Positions 49,517 through 58,294 of a stretch of DNA of 64,000 bases are shown here, one piece after another. The DNA is from an uncultured Rhodospirillaceae bacterium. GTDB taxonomy: Bacteria; Pseudomonadota; Alphaproteobacteria; Rhodospirillales; UBA2165. The stretch lies in the NCBI GenBank assembly GCA_964574215.1, contig CAZNLR010000002.1, forward strand, positions 2,003 through 66,002, given 5' to 3'. The first letter of the stretch is position 1, and each line of letters begins with the position of its first letter. Made by a program: the position numbers and the translations under genes. The notes beneath the pieces were generated by a model. That model did no database searches. It was given only the letters and a program-made list of their open reading frames with translations, and was not told where the DNA came from.

Positions 49517-50800
49517 CTATGATGCCCCACTCGATTTGCGGGCGGCGGGTATATTCCCATCCTTGGCCAACTGACGGGTCACCAGATCGTCAATATAATA
49601 GCCCTGGAAACGCCGGATACCGAGGCCCAACGCCCAACGAAGGGCGTCTTCAGAATCGGTGCGTCCGAGAATAAAGCGATCGGCGCCGATATTCTCCACC
49701 ATCTCCGCCATATCGGCGTGATCCTCAATGGATTCGGTTTCGGTAAATTCCACGCCCCAGGAGACTTTAAACAAATCGGCATCCAATAATCCGGGATTGT
49801 AGTAATTGAGGGACATCGGGGTGAGCCCGTCCAACAGGACCCGGTACCCTCTGTCGAGCAACCAGGTGCGGGCCGATTTAAATTCGTCCAAATCCGAAAA
49901 GACGTCAATTTGCTGCATTTCAACCACGACCCGATTGGTATGTTCGGCGACCACACCGTCGAATCTTTGGAAGTCCTTACTCAACACCGTGCTGACATTG
50001 AGATTGATGCTAATGGCGTCTTGGAGCGAGGAAAAATCTTCCTTGGAAAGCATGGACAGCAACCGCCGGTCGATGGTTTGAGTTAAATGCTGGAAAAGCC
50101 AGACGTTGGATACGATGTTGAATCCCGGCGCAATGCGGCGTTGCAGTTCGCCGATTGAAACGAAATTTTCCCTAAACAGAATTCTCTCTGTTCCGTCTCC
50201 GCCGATGACGACGGCGGGTTGATGGTAAACCAGTTCTTCTATGCGCGTCCGGTTGAGCGAATCGTTGACTTTGGCCAGACTGAACGGGTCCAACGCCTGG
50301 CCCAAAAAACCGGCGCCAGCGCCCCGCCCCGCTGACGCATCCTCCGATACCGCCAGATCGCCGTCGGTGTTTTGGGAGTACTCCAATACCACTTGCAAAA
50401 AGGAATCATAGTCGATCTCGAAATCGTACCAGCTGCTGAACTTGTCGAGGGCACCGCCCCGGCTAGATGCGGTCAAGGGATCGTTTCTGAATAGAGCTCG
50501 GATTTTGTCGATCACCAAATCGACGTCATCGACTCTGGCGTCCTTGCACATCAGTACGAGATCACCCAATGTCAATGTGTAAAGCTGCGTATCGGCGGAA
50601 TTCAAAAGGGTATCGAAAGTCCGGCTGGCGATACGAATATGATGCGGCTGCCGGTTATGAGGCCGCAATTCGGAAAGGTGCAGAACAACGGCGAAACGGC
50701 CGCTCCGGCTATGGGCGACGCGTTCGACATGATCGAGCAGCGAACTCTCGGGAGTTCGTTGTTCTGAAACAGCAGTAACTACAGATGATTCGTCGGCCAT
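49517..50800 (-). CDS. Degenerate EAL-like domain protein with an uncharacterised N-terminal domain (paralog B)
   Basis: 427 aa. 'ISINLNVS', 'VVVEMQQID', 'RVLLDGLT', 'FKVSW' and 'FQGYYI'. The stop TAG (49519-49517) directly abuts the paralog A ATG (49516). Confidence 0.75.
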   Translation of the reverse strand: MADESSVVTAVSEQRTPESSLLDHVERVAHSRSGRFAVVLHLSELRPHNRQPHHIRIASRTFDTLLNSADTQLYTLTLGDLVLMCKDARVDDVDLVIDKIRALFRNDPLTASSRGGALDKFSSWYDFEIDYDSFLQVVLEYSQNTDGDLAVSEDASAGRGAGAGFLGQALDPFSLAKVNDSLNRTRIEELVYHQPAVVIGGDGTERILFRENFVSIGELQRRIAPGFNIVSNVWLFQHLTQTIDRRLLSMLSKEDFSSLQDAISINLNVSTVLSKDFQRFDGVVAEHTNRVVVEMQQIDVFSDLDEFKSARTWLLDRGYRVLLDGLTPMSLNYYNPGLLDADLFKVSWGVEFTETESIEDHADMAEMVENIGADRFILGRTDSEDALRWALGLGIRRFQGYYIDDLVTRQLAKDGNIPAARKSSGAS

Positions 50801-50947
50801 AGCTCACGATAACATAATTTCGGTCGAATAGACTTTTATAGGGAAAAACATTTAACCATTTATAAACCAACATCTATAAACGAATGAATTAAATCGAGCC
50901 CACTTTGAGACGATGGTGTCATTGTTTCGGGACGCTATGGGAATGTT

Positions 50948-51667
50948 ATGGAAATAGAGAATTTGTGCATTTACGCCATCGGTGACATCCATGGCAGAAT
51001 TGACCTGCTGCGGGACATGCAGGCGATGATCCTTGATGACGCCAAGTCGGTGGCGGCTCCCCGGAAAATTATGGTGTATCTGGGTGACTATATCGACCGG
51101 GGACCTGCTTCCATTGACGTTCTCGATCACCTGATTGCCAATGAGAAACCCAATCAAGGGCTCGGTTTCGAAAGTGTGTTTTTAAAGGGCAACCACGAGG
51201 ATTATTTTCTGCGTTTTATGGCGTCCGGTGAACTGGGTATGGCGTGGATGAATAATGGCGGCGGGGCGCTGCTGAATAATTTCGGCCTTGAACTATCGGC
51301 TTATGCCAGCGACGAGGAGTTCATCGAAACCGCCGGTCTTCTAAAGCGTATGCTGTCACCCGATCACCGGCGTTTTCTGATTGGCCTGCAGACCTATTTT
51401 GAATTTGGCGATTACTTTTTCGTCCACGCCGGCATTCGTCCGGGAATTTCCCTCTATGAACAGGATATTCAGGACATGCTTTGGATCAGGGACGATTTTA
51501 TGAATTCCAAAGCCGATTTCGGAAAGATTATCGTTCATGGCCACACCATCGTCGATGAACCGCAAATAATGCCCAACCGGGTCAGCATCGACACCGGCGC
51601 CTATCTTTCCAACCGATTGACCTGCGCGGTGTTTGAAAAGGGTCAAGTCCGGGTTTTGCAAACTTAA
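50948..51667 (+). CDS. PPP-family metallophosphoesterase (Ser/Thr phosphatase PrpA/ApaH-like)
   Basis: 'IYAIGDIHGR', 'GDYIDRGP', 'LKGNHE', 'FVHAG' and 'VHGHT' form the complete calcineurin-like motif set. Confidence 0.88.
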   Translation: MEIENLCIYAIGDIHGRIDLLRDMQAMILDDAKSVAAPRKIMVYLGDYIDRGPASIDVLDHLIANEKPNQGLGFESVFLKGNHEDYFLRFMASGELGMAWMNNGGGALLNNFGLELSAYASDEEFIETAGLLKRMLSPDHRRFLIGLQTYFEFGDYFFVHAGIRPGISLYEQDIQDMLWIRDDFMNSKADFGKIIVHGHTIVDEPQIMPNRVSIDTGAYLSNRLTCAVFEKGQVRVLQT

Positions 51668-51752
51668 AATTAAGACTTTAAAAGTAATGCCTTATAACCG
51701 GGCCGGATCGGTGATAGGTTCCCGGCCAAAATAAGGCGAGTAGGAAGAATTC

Positions 51753-52697
51753 ATGCAATCACGCAAGCGCATTTTAGTCACCGGCGGGGCCGGATTTATC
51801 GGGTCTCATCTCTGCCGCCGGCTGGTCGACGATGGTCACGACGTTATTTGCCTGGACAATTTTTTTACCGGGACCAAAGACAATGTGGCGGAATTGTTCG
51901 GCCAAGCCAATTTCGAACTGATGCGTCACGACGTCACCTTCCCGCTTTATGTAGAGGTGGACGAAATTTATAATTTAGCCTGTCCGGCGTCGCCCATTCA
52001 CTACCAGTACGATCCCGTGCAAACCACCAAGACCAGTGTTCATGGCGCGATCAATATGTTGGGTCTGGCCAAACGATGCGGTGCCAAGATTTTTCAGGCG
52101 TCGACCAGCGAAGTCTACGGCGACCCGACCGTCCACCCCCAGGCGGAAGATTACCGGGGCAACGTCAATCCAATCGGCCCGCGGGGCTGTTATGACGAAG
52201 GCAAGCGATGCGCCGAGACCCTCTTTTTCGATTACTACCGTCAACACCGCACCAACATCAGAGTGGCGCGCATCTTTAATACCTACGGTCCCCGCATGCG
52301 GCCCGATGATGGGAGGGTGGTGTCTAATTTTATTGTTCAGGCGCTTCGAGGAGAATCATTGACTATCTACGGCGATGGCGGCCAGACGAGATCATTTTGT
52401 TATGTGGACGATCTGGTGGAGGGATTTATTCGTCTTATGGCCGCGCCGGACGAATTTACCGGACCGGTCAATCTCGGCAATCCCGGCGAATTCACCATTA
52501 AGCAGTTGGCTGAAATGGTCATCGCTATGACCGGCGCCCAATCGCAGCTGATCAACGAGCCGCTTCCCGAGGACGATCCCCTCCAACGCTGTCCGGATAT
52601 CAGCCTTGCCCAAAAGCAGCTGGATTGGCAGCCCACCATTGCCCTGGAAAAAGGTCTGGAAATGACCATCGAATATTTTCGCGGTGTCGTTGACTGA
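51753..52697 (+). CDS. UDP-glucuronate decarboxylase (UDP-xylose synthase-like extended SDR)
   Basis: '[18 protein letters not shown]', 'STSEVYGDP', '[10 protein letters not shown]' (YxxxK) and '[10 protein letters not shown]'. Confidence 0.85.
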   Translation: MQSRKRILVTGGAGFIGSHLCRRLVDDGHDVICLDNFFTGTKDNVAELFGQANFELMRHDVTFPLYVEVDEIYNLACPASPIHYQYDPVQTTKTSVHGAINMLGLAKRCGAKIFQASTSEVYGDPTVHPQAEDYRGNVNPIGPRGCYDEGKRCAETLFFDYYRQHRTNIRVARIFNTYGPRMRPDDGRVVSNFIVQALRGESLTIYGDGGQTRSFCYVDDLVEGFIRLMAAPDEFTGPVNLGNPGEFTIKQLAEMVIAMTGAQSQLINEPLPEDDPLQRCPDISLAQKQLDWQPTIALEKGLEMTIEYFRGVVD

Positions 52698-52801
52698 TTT
52701 TACCCCGACACGTTAATTCGCTTTTCATTATTTTCCTTCAATAATTTTTTTGCCGGTTTTTGGCCGATATTTGATCGCTGTTCGCCACTCAGGTAAAAAA
52801 T

Positions 52802-52816
52802 GAACAAAAAGTGAAC
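52802..52816. promoter_or_regulatory. Candidate alphaproteobacterial-type LexA (SOS) box, GAAC-N7-GAAC
   Basis: GAAC (52802-52805), then AAAAAGT (7 nt), then GAAC (52813-52816), read directly. It lies in the 344-bp gap upstream of mraZ. Confidence 0.45.
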
Positions 52817-52890
52817 AAATAGCTTATCGTTGTATTTGCGGACACTTCGAGTGACTGGAAATTGTCGATTTTTTACTTTTGGAAAGACTT

Positions 52891-52973
52891 TCTTAACCCA
52901 AATAATACCATTTTATCCCATTGACGCCCATTATATCCCATGGTATCCCAAATAAACCCATTGGGAGTGGGCG
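52891..52973. promoter_or_regulatory. Array of seven 10-bp-phased (A/C)CCA decamers followed by inverted TGGGA/GTGGG boxes; candidate MraZ operator
   Basis: The decamers are tcttaACCCA, aataatACCA, ttttatCCCA, ttgacgCCCA, ttatatCCCA, tggtatCCCA and aataaaCCCA, followed by tTGGGAGTGGGcg. The array ends about 70 bp upstream of the mraZ ATG. Confidence 0.6.
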
Positions 52974-53041
52974 AAATGGAGAGATTTCGTTGGGTTCGGG
53001 GCCTATTGCGAATAACTCCAAAAAGTGTTGAGGCGGGATAA

Positions 53042-53548
53042 ATGGCTGCGTTAATCGGCAGGCATATCAATAAGATTGATAAAAAGGGACGTGTATCGGT
53101 ACCCAAGCCGTTTCGCGACTCACTCGCCGTATCTCCAGAGGTCTCCGACTTCTCCGGCATCTATGTCTACCGGTCCTTCAAATATCCCGCCATCGAAGGA
53201 TGCGGAGAGGCGTTTATTCAGCGGCTTATTACCAGCCTGGATGATCTTGATCTCTTTTCCGACGAACAGGATGATCTGGCCGCCACGCTCCTGGAAAACG
53301 CCCACCCCCTGGCCTACGACCCCGAAGGACGGGTTATGCTCCCCAAGGATTTGATCGAGTATGCCGCCATTGGTTCCGAAGCCGTCTTTGTCGGCCGCGG
53401 TACAAGATTCCAAATTTGGCAGCCGGACGCCTATGAAGATCACAACGCCAAGGCTTTCGAACGCGCCCGGTCCCGCGGGGCGACCTTGAAGTTGAGACCC
53501 GAACAGAGCAACGGCGATCCCCGGAAAGGCGGTGGCGATGACGACTAG
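53042..53548 (+). CDS. mraZ: Transcriptional regulator MraZ
   Basis: 168 aa with two SpoVT-AbrB-like halves, '[14 protein letters not shown]' and '[13 protein letters not shown]'. It is the first gene of the dcw cluster. Confidence 0.93.
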   Translation: MAALIGRHINKIDKKGRVSVPKPFRDSLAVSPEVSDFSGIYVYRSFKYPAIEGCGEAFIQRLITSLDDLDLFSDEQDDLAATLLENAHPLAYDPEGRVMLPKDLIEYAAIGSEAVFVGRGTRFQIWQPDAYEDHNAKAFERARSRGATLKLRPEQSNGDPRKGGGDDD

Positions 53549-54494
53549 CGGTCATATCCCCGTCATGGTCGATGAAGTGGTCGCCGCCTTGCAACCCAGG
53601 GACGGCGGCATTTACGTTGACGGAACATTTGGCCGGGGCGGCTATTCCCAGGCCATTCTGGCAGCGGCGGCGACCCGCGTTTTCGGTATCGACCGCGATC
53701 CGGCGGCGGTTACCTTTGGGGCCGAACTGAGCGCCCGCTACGACGGGCGACTGACGGTACTGAAAGGCTGTTTCGGCGATATGGGTCGGCTTATGAATGA
53801 GGCCGGCATATCCCATGTCGACGGAGTTGCCCTGGACCTTGGCGTATCATCCTTACAGATCGACGATCCCGAGCGGGGTTTCTCTTTCCGTTTCGACGGT
53901 CCTTTGGACATGCGCATGGGCGACGATGGTCAAAGCGCCGCCGATTTCGTCAATCAGACACCGGAAGAGGAACTGGCCAACATTATTTACCGCAATGGCG
54001 AGGAAAGGCAGTCCCGCCGCATTGCCCGCGCCATCGTCGAGGCCCGAAAAATTGAACCCATTATCACCACCGGCCAGCTTGCCGATGTGGTGCGGTCAAT
54101 TGTCCGGCGTTCGAAAGACGGCATCGATCCCGCGACCCGGACATTTATGGCGCTTCGTATCCACGTCAACGACGAACTGGGCGAACTGGACCGTGGACTT
54201 GACGCAGCCGAACAGCTGCTGGTGCCCGGCGGACGTTTGGCCGTCGTCAGTTTCCACTCGCTGGAAGACCGGCGGGTCAAGGAATTTCTCCGCCAACGAA
54301 GCGGCCAGGAATCCCGAGGTTCCCGCCACCTGCCGGAATTGCCCGGCGAAGCGCTTCCCCCGAGCTTCACCCTGCTGAAGCGAAGTGCTCAAAAACCCGC
54401 CAATGAGGAATGTGAACGCAACCCCCGAGCCCGCTCCGCCCGCCTTCGCGCGGCGGAACGTACCCAGGCCCCCGCTTGGATTAACGCAGCTTGA
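53532..54494 (+). CDS. rsmH: 16S rRNA (cytosine1402-N4)-methyltransferase
   Basis: 'HIPVMVDEV', '[12 protein letters not shown]', '[18 protein letters not shown]' and '[13 protein letters not shown]'. Confidence 0.95.
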   Translation: MAMTTSGHIPVMVDEVVAALQPRDGGIYVDGTFGRGGYSQAILAAAATRVFGIDRDPAAVTFGAELSARYDGRLTVLKGCFGDMGRLMNEAGISHVDGVALDLGVSSLQIDDPERGFSFRFDGPLDMRMGDDGQSAADFVNQTPEEELANIIYRNGEERQSRRIARAIVEARKIEPIITTGQLADVVRSIVRRSKDGIDPATRTFMALRIHVNDELGELDRGLDAAEQLLVPGGRLAVVSFHSLEDRRVKEFLRQRSGQESRGSRHLPELPGEALPPSFTLLKRSAQKPANEECERNPRARSARLRAAERTQAPAWINAA

Positions 54495-54508
54495 GGAAGG
54501 ACTGACAA

Positions 54509-54871
54509 ATGCGCCAGACCACCATATTCACGCTTCTCATCGCCGCCATCATGAGCGTCGCGCTCTTTTATCTTAAATATGAGGTGACCGACCTGGAAGC
54601 GGAACTCGATCTTATGAATAGGGGCATCCTCGCCGACCAGGAGGAAATCCATGTTCTCAAAGCCGAATGGAGCCACCTCAACGACGTTTCCCGCATCAAG
54701 GACTTGGCCACCCGCTTTTTGAAAATGCAGCCGACAGATCCGGCGCAAATAAAGAGCGAAGATGACATCCCTGCGATGACATTCGATGCCGAACCGGCAC
54801 CCGCTTCGGTGCCACCGGCCGACAAGAAGAATATTTCCTACCAATCAAAAAGCGAGGATGCCGGCAGGTGA
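54509..54871 (+). CDS. ftsL: Cell division protein FtsL (alphaproteobacterial type)
   Basis: 120 aa with a single TM helix, 'IFTLLIAAIMSVALFYL', followed by the coiled coil 'KYEVTDLEAELDLMNRGI'. It sits between rsmH and ftsI. Confidence 0.85.
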   Translation: MRQTTIFTLLIAAIMSVALFYLKYEVTDLEAELDLMNRGILADQEEIHVLKAEWSHLNDVSRIKDLATRFLKMQPTDPAQIKSEDDIPAMTFDAEPAPASVPPADKKNISYQSKSEDAGR

Positions 54872-56820
54872 ATTTCGAGCGTCTCCGCCACCCCTTTTCT
54901 CCCACCGGCGACTTCTCCGGAACGCCGCAGGCGACGACGGAATTACCTTCAAACGTTTTTCCCGAAGCCGGTGGAAATATAGGGCGGCGGGACGAAATCG
55001 GACCGGCTCCCGACGACCAGACGGAAATGTCGCTCAACGATGCTCAATCCAACGTAAAGTTTGATGGCGTTAAAAAACAGGCATTGGAGACGGGCCGCAA
55101 TCGTTTATTGATGACGGGTGTCCTTTTCACCATGGCCTTCGCCGTCATTGCCGGACGTTTGGTTGAACTCGCCATCAGCCGCGACGCTGGAAAGGTTTAC
55201 GAAGCTCGCATAGCCGAAACGGTCAAAGCCACCAAAGTGCGCGCCGATATTGTCGACCGTAACGGCATTCTATTGGCGACCAGTTTGCCGACGGCGTCTC
55301 TTTACGCCAATCCCAGCCATGTCCTCGATCCCAAGGAAGCGGCCCAAAAGCTGGCGCAGGTTCTCCCCGATCTAGATCCCGCTAAGCTTCGCCAGAAACT
55401 CGCCTCAGAAAAAACGTTTGTCTGGCTTCACCGCAACCTCACTCCCAAAACGCAGTTTGCGGTTAACGCCCTGGGTATACCCGGCCTCTATTTTCAAAGG
55501 ACCGAACGCCGGGTTTATCCGCACGGGCCGATGTTGTCCCATGCCGTCGGCCTTACCAATATTGACGGCAAGGGCCTTTCCGGGATCGAGGGCTATTTCG
55601 ACAACTCTCTCAGAGGCGGCAGGGATAGCGTCCAGGAAGGTTTGACCCTGTCCCTCGATATCAGGGTTCAATCCCTGCTCCGCGAAGAACTGCAAAAATC
55701 GATGGACGAATTCAGGGGTATCGGCGCCGCCGGGGTGGTGCTCGACGTTGCCAACGGAGAAGTCCGCGCCATGGTTTCCCTGCCGGACTTCAATCCCAAC
55801 AAGCCGGTGACCGCCGCCGGGATCGCGGGGTTCAACCGGGTGACCAGTGGTGTCTACGAAATGGGCTCAACCTTCAAACTGTTCACGGCCGCCATGGCGC
55901 TTGATGCCGGGGTGGTGTCGCTGAGCGACGGTTATGACGCGTCCAAGCCTATCCGTATCGCGCGGTTCACCATTTCAGACTATCACGGCAAAAACCGCTG
56001 GCTGTCGGTGCCGGAGATTCTCATCCATTCGTCCAACATCGGGGCCGCCAAAATGGCGCTGGATGTGGGCACCAGGCGGCAGCAGAAATATTTGAAGAAA
56101 TTCGGCATGCTCCGCCCGGCGGCTATAGAATTGCCCGAAGTGGGCGCGCCTTTGACGCCTGATCACTGGCGGGAAATCAACACCATGACCATTTCCTACG
56201 GTCATGGCATCGCGGTCAGCCCTATTCAACTGGTTGCCGGAGTCGGCGCTTTGGTCAATGGCGGTATTCTCTATAACCCGACTTTGGTCAAAACGCCGGT
56301 CGGGAAACGCATCACCGGCTTCCGGGTGCTCTCGACGAAAACGTCCCGTCAAATGCAAGGCCTTATGCGCCTGATCGTTCAAAAAGGAACCGGCCGCAAC
56401 GCTGACGTTCCGGGCTATTCGATCGGCGGCAAAACCGGTACGGCCGACAAGCCGGGCGGCCGCGGCGGCTACGGCGGCAGGCGGATAATTTCCTCCTTCG
56501 TCGCCGCCTTCCCCATTGAGGCACCACGCTATGTCATTTTGGCGCTGATTGACGAGCCGAAAGGCACCCAACGCACCCATGGTTACGCCACCGGCGGCTG
56601 GGTGGCGGCGCCCGTCGTGGCCAAGGTGGTGCGCCGGATGGCGCCCCTGCTGGGTCTGGAACCTCAAGCCAAAAGTTTGCCTAAGAAAGGCCGCATCAAA
56701 TCGGCGTCGGCAAGTGCCAAAAAGAATAAGGCCGAAATGGCCACGCGGACCACAATAACGCCGCAAAAATCATCTACGAGGCATCCGTATATGCGGGGGA
56801 GGCCTCTTGTTGTTGAGTGA
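54868..56820 (+). CDS. ftsI: Peptidoglycan D,D-transpeptidase FtsI (PBP3)
   Basis: 'GSTFKLFT' (SxxK), 'SSN' and 'KTGTA'. The GTG start overlaps the ftsL stop; an alternative ATG lies at about 55027. Confidence 0.9.
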   Translation: MNFERLRHPFSPTGDFSGTPQATTELPSNVFPEAGGNIGRRDEIGPAPDDQTEMSLNDAQSNVKFDGVKKQALETGRNRLLMTGVLFTMAFAVIAGRLVELAISRDAGKVYEARIAETVKATKVRADIVDRNGILLATSLPTASLYANPSHVLDPKEAAQKLAQVLPDLDPAKLRQKLASEKTFVWLHRNLTPKTQFAVNALGIPGLYFQRTERRVYPHGPMLSHAVGLTNIDGKGLSGIEGYFDNSLRGGRDSVQEGLTLSLDIRVQSLLREELQKSMDEFRGIGAAGVVLDVANGEVRAMVSLPDFNPNKPVTAAGIAGFNRVTSGVYEMGSTFKLFTAAMALDAGVVSLSDGYDASKPIRIARFTISDYHGKNRWLSVPEILIHSSNIGAAKMALDVGTRRQQKYLKKFGMLRPAAIELPEVGAPLTPDHWREINTMTISYGHGIAVSPIQLVAGVGALVNGGILYNPTLVKTPVGKRITGFRVLSTKTSRQMQGLMRLIVQKGTGRNADVPGYSIGGKTGTADKPGGRGGYGGRRIISSFVAAFPIEAPRYVILALIDEPKGTQRTHGYATGGWVAAPVVAKVVRRMAPLLGLEPQAKSLPKKGRIKSASASAKKNKAEMATRTTITPQKSSTRHPYMRGRPLVVE

Positions 56821-58294
56821 GTTAGTGTCAATGGATCAAACGGACAATATTCCGAACAAAATATCGGGCGGTGAATTTCATGACGCCGAAATTTCAGGCC
56901 TGACGGCCGACTCCCGCCGGGTCAAACCCGGATTCCTGTTCGCCGCCCTGGAAGGCAGCGAAACCGATGGCCGAAAATTTATCCCAGACGCCATCAGCCG
57001 GGGCGCCGTCGCCGTATTGGCGTCCTCGGGCACTCAATTGAAAGGTCATCAGGTTAGCATATTAACCGACAGCAACCCGCGGCGGCGTTATGCCACCCTG
57101 GCATCCAACTTTTATCAGCCCCAGCCTTTGCACACCGCCGCCGTCACCGGTACCAATGGTAAATCGTCAGTGGTTGATTTTACCCGCCAGATCTGGACCG
57201 CGCTCGGCGTCAAGGCCGCCAGCCTGGGTACGCTCGGCGTCGTGGCGCCGGACAGTGGACTGGAGCTATCGTCGGCGGCAAGTTTGACCACTCCCGATCC
57301 TTCCGATCTGCACGCCAGTTTGAAAAGCCTTGCCGATGGCGGCGTCGATCATGTCATTCTGGAAGCATCCAGCCATGGTCTGGATCAATATCGCCTCGAC
57401 GGGGTCAAGGTAACCGTTGCCGCCTACACTAATCTGAGCCGTGACCATCTCGATTATCACGGTTCCCTGGAACAATACTTCAACGCCAAATTGCGATTGT
57501 TTTCGGAAATTGTCGGCGCCGGCGGGGTTGCCGTTCTCAATGCCGATGACGGACATTTCGAAGCGCTACGCCGAACCGCCGAGCTCAGCCGCCAGCGGGT
57601 GGTGAGTTACGGGCGGGAAGGCGAGGATATCACGCTTTTGGGCCTTCAGGCTTCAGCCGACGGCCAAATTCTGAAACTGAAGCTGCTGGGCCAAAAGGAG
57701 ACCGTTACGTTACCTCTGATCGGCGGATTTCAGGCCATGAATGCTTTGTGCGCCCTGGGCGTGGTGCTGGCGGAAGACGGCGACCCGGCGGCAGCGGTGG
57801 CGGCCCTCGCCAAGCTGAAAGGTGTACGGGGACGGCTCGAGCTGGCCGCCCGGCATGCCAGCGGCGCCGGTGTTTATGTCGATTATGCCCATACGCCCGA
57901 CGCCCTGGAAAATGTTCTCAAGGCCATGCGGCCGCACGTGGACCGACAGTTGAAAGTGGTGTTCGGCTGCGGCGGCGACCGGGATCGTGGGAAACGTCCT
58001 GAAATGGGCGCGGTAGCACACCAGTTCGCCGATGCGATTATCGTGACCGACGACAACCCCCGCGGTGAAGAGGCCGCCGCTATCCGTCAGGATATTATCA
58101 AGGCTTGTCCGGGTTCGATCGAAATCGGTGACCGCACTCAGGCCATCGCGGAAGCGGTCGCCGGATTGGCGGCCGGAGATATTTTGGTGATCGCAGGCAA
58201 AGGTCACGAGCAAGGTCAAATTATCGGCGACGAGGTGCGTCCTTTCGATGACGTGTCTGTCGTCCGCAACGTCATTGAGGGGGCGAAGACATGA
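56807..58294 (+). CDS. murE: UDP-N-acetylmuramoyl-L-alanyl-D-glutamate--2,6-diaminopimelate ligase
   Basis: 'AVTGTNGKSS', 'EASSHGLDQYR' and 'DNPRGE'. The start is TTG at 56807 or ATG at 56831. Confidence 0.92.
   Translation: MLLSELVSMDQTDNIPNKISGGEFHDAEISGLTADSRRVKPGFLFAALEGSETDGRKFIPDAISRGAVAVLASSGTQLKGHQVSILTDSNPRRRYATLASNFYQPQPLHTAAVTGTNGKSSVVDFTRQIWTALGVKAASLGTLGVVAPDSGLELSSAASLTTPDPSDLHASLKSLADGGVDHVILEASSHGLDQYRLDGVKVTVAAYTNLSRDHLDYHGSLEQYFNAKLRLFSEIVGAGGVAVLNADDGHFEALRRTAELSRQRVVSYGREGEDITLLGLQASADGQILKLKLLGQKETVTLPLIGGFQAMNALCALGVVLAEDGDPAAAVAALAKLKGVRGRLELAARHASGAGVYVDYAHTPDALENVLKAMRPHVDRQLKVVFGCGGDRDRGKRPEMGAVAHQFADAIIVTDDNPRGEEAAAIRQDIIKACPGSIEIGDRTQAIAEAVAGLAAGDILVIAGKGHEQGQIIGDEVRPFDDVSVVRNVIEGAKT

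Noticed and set aside
52976-53041. 21-codon upstream ORF (MERFRWVRGLLRITPKSVEAG) whose TAA stop directly abuts the mraZ ATG
   Set aside because: It has no convincing SD, it is very short, and I have no conservation evidence. It could be a leader peptide coupled to mraZ, but this cannot be supported from sequence alone.
52873-53160. 95-aa minus-strand ORF spanning the mraZ upstream region and the mraZ start
   Set aside because: It overlaps the mraZ start and is made up largely of the phased CCCA repeat array. The repeat explains the open frame.
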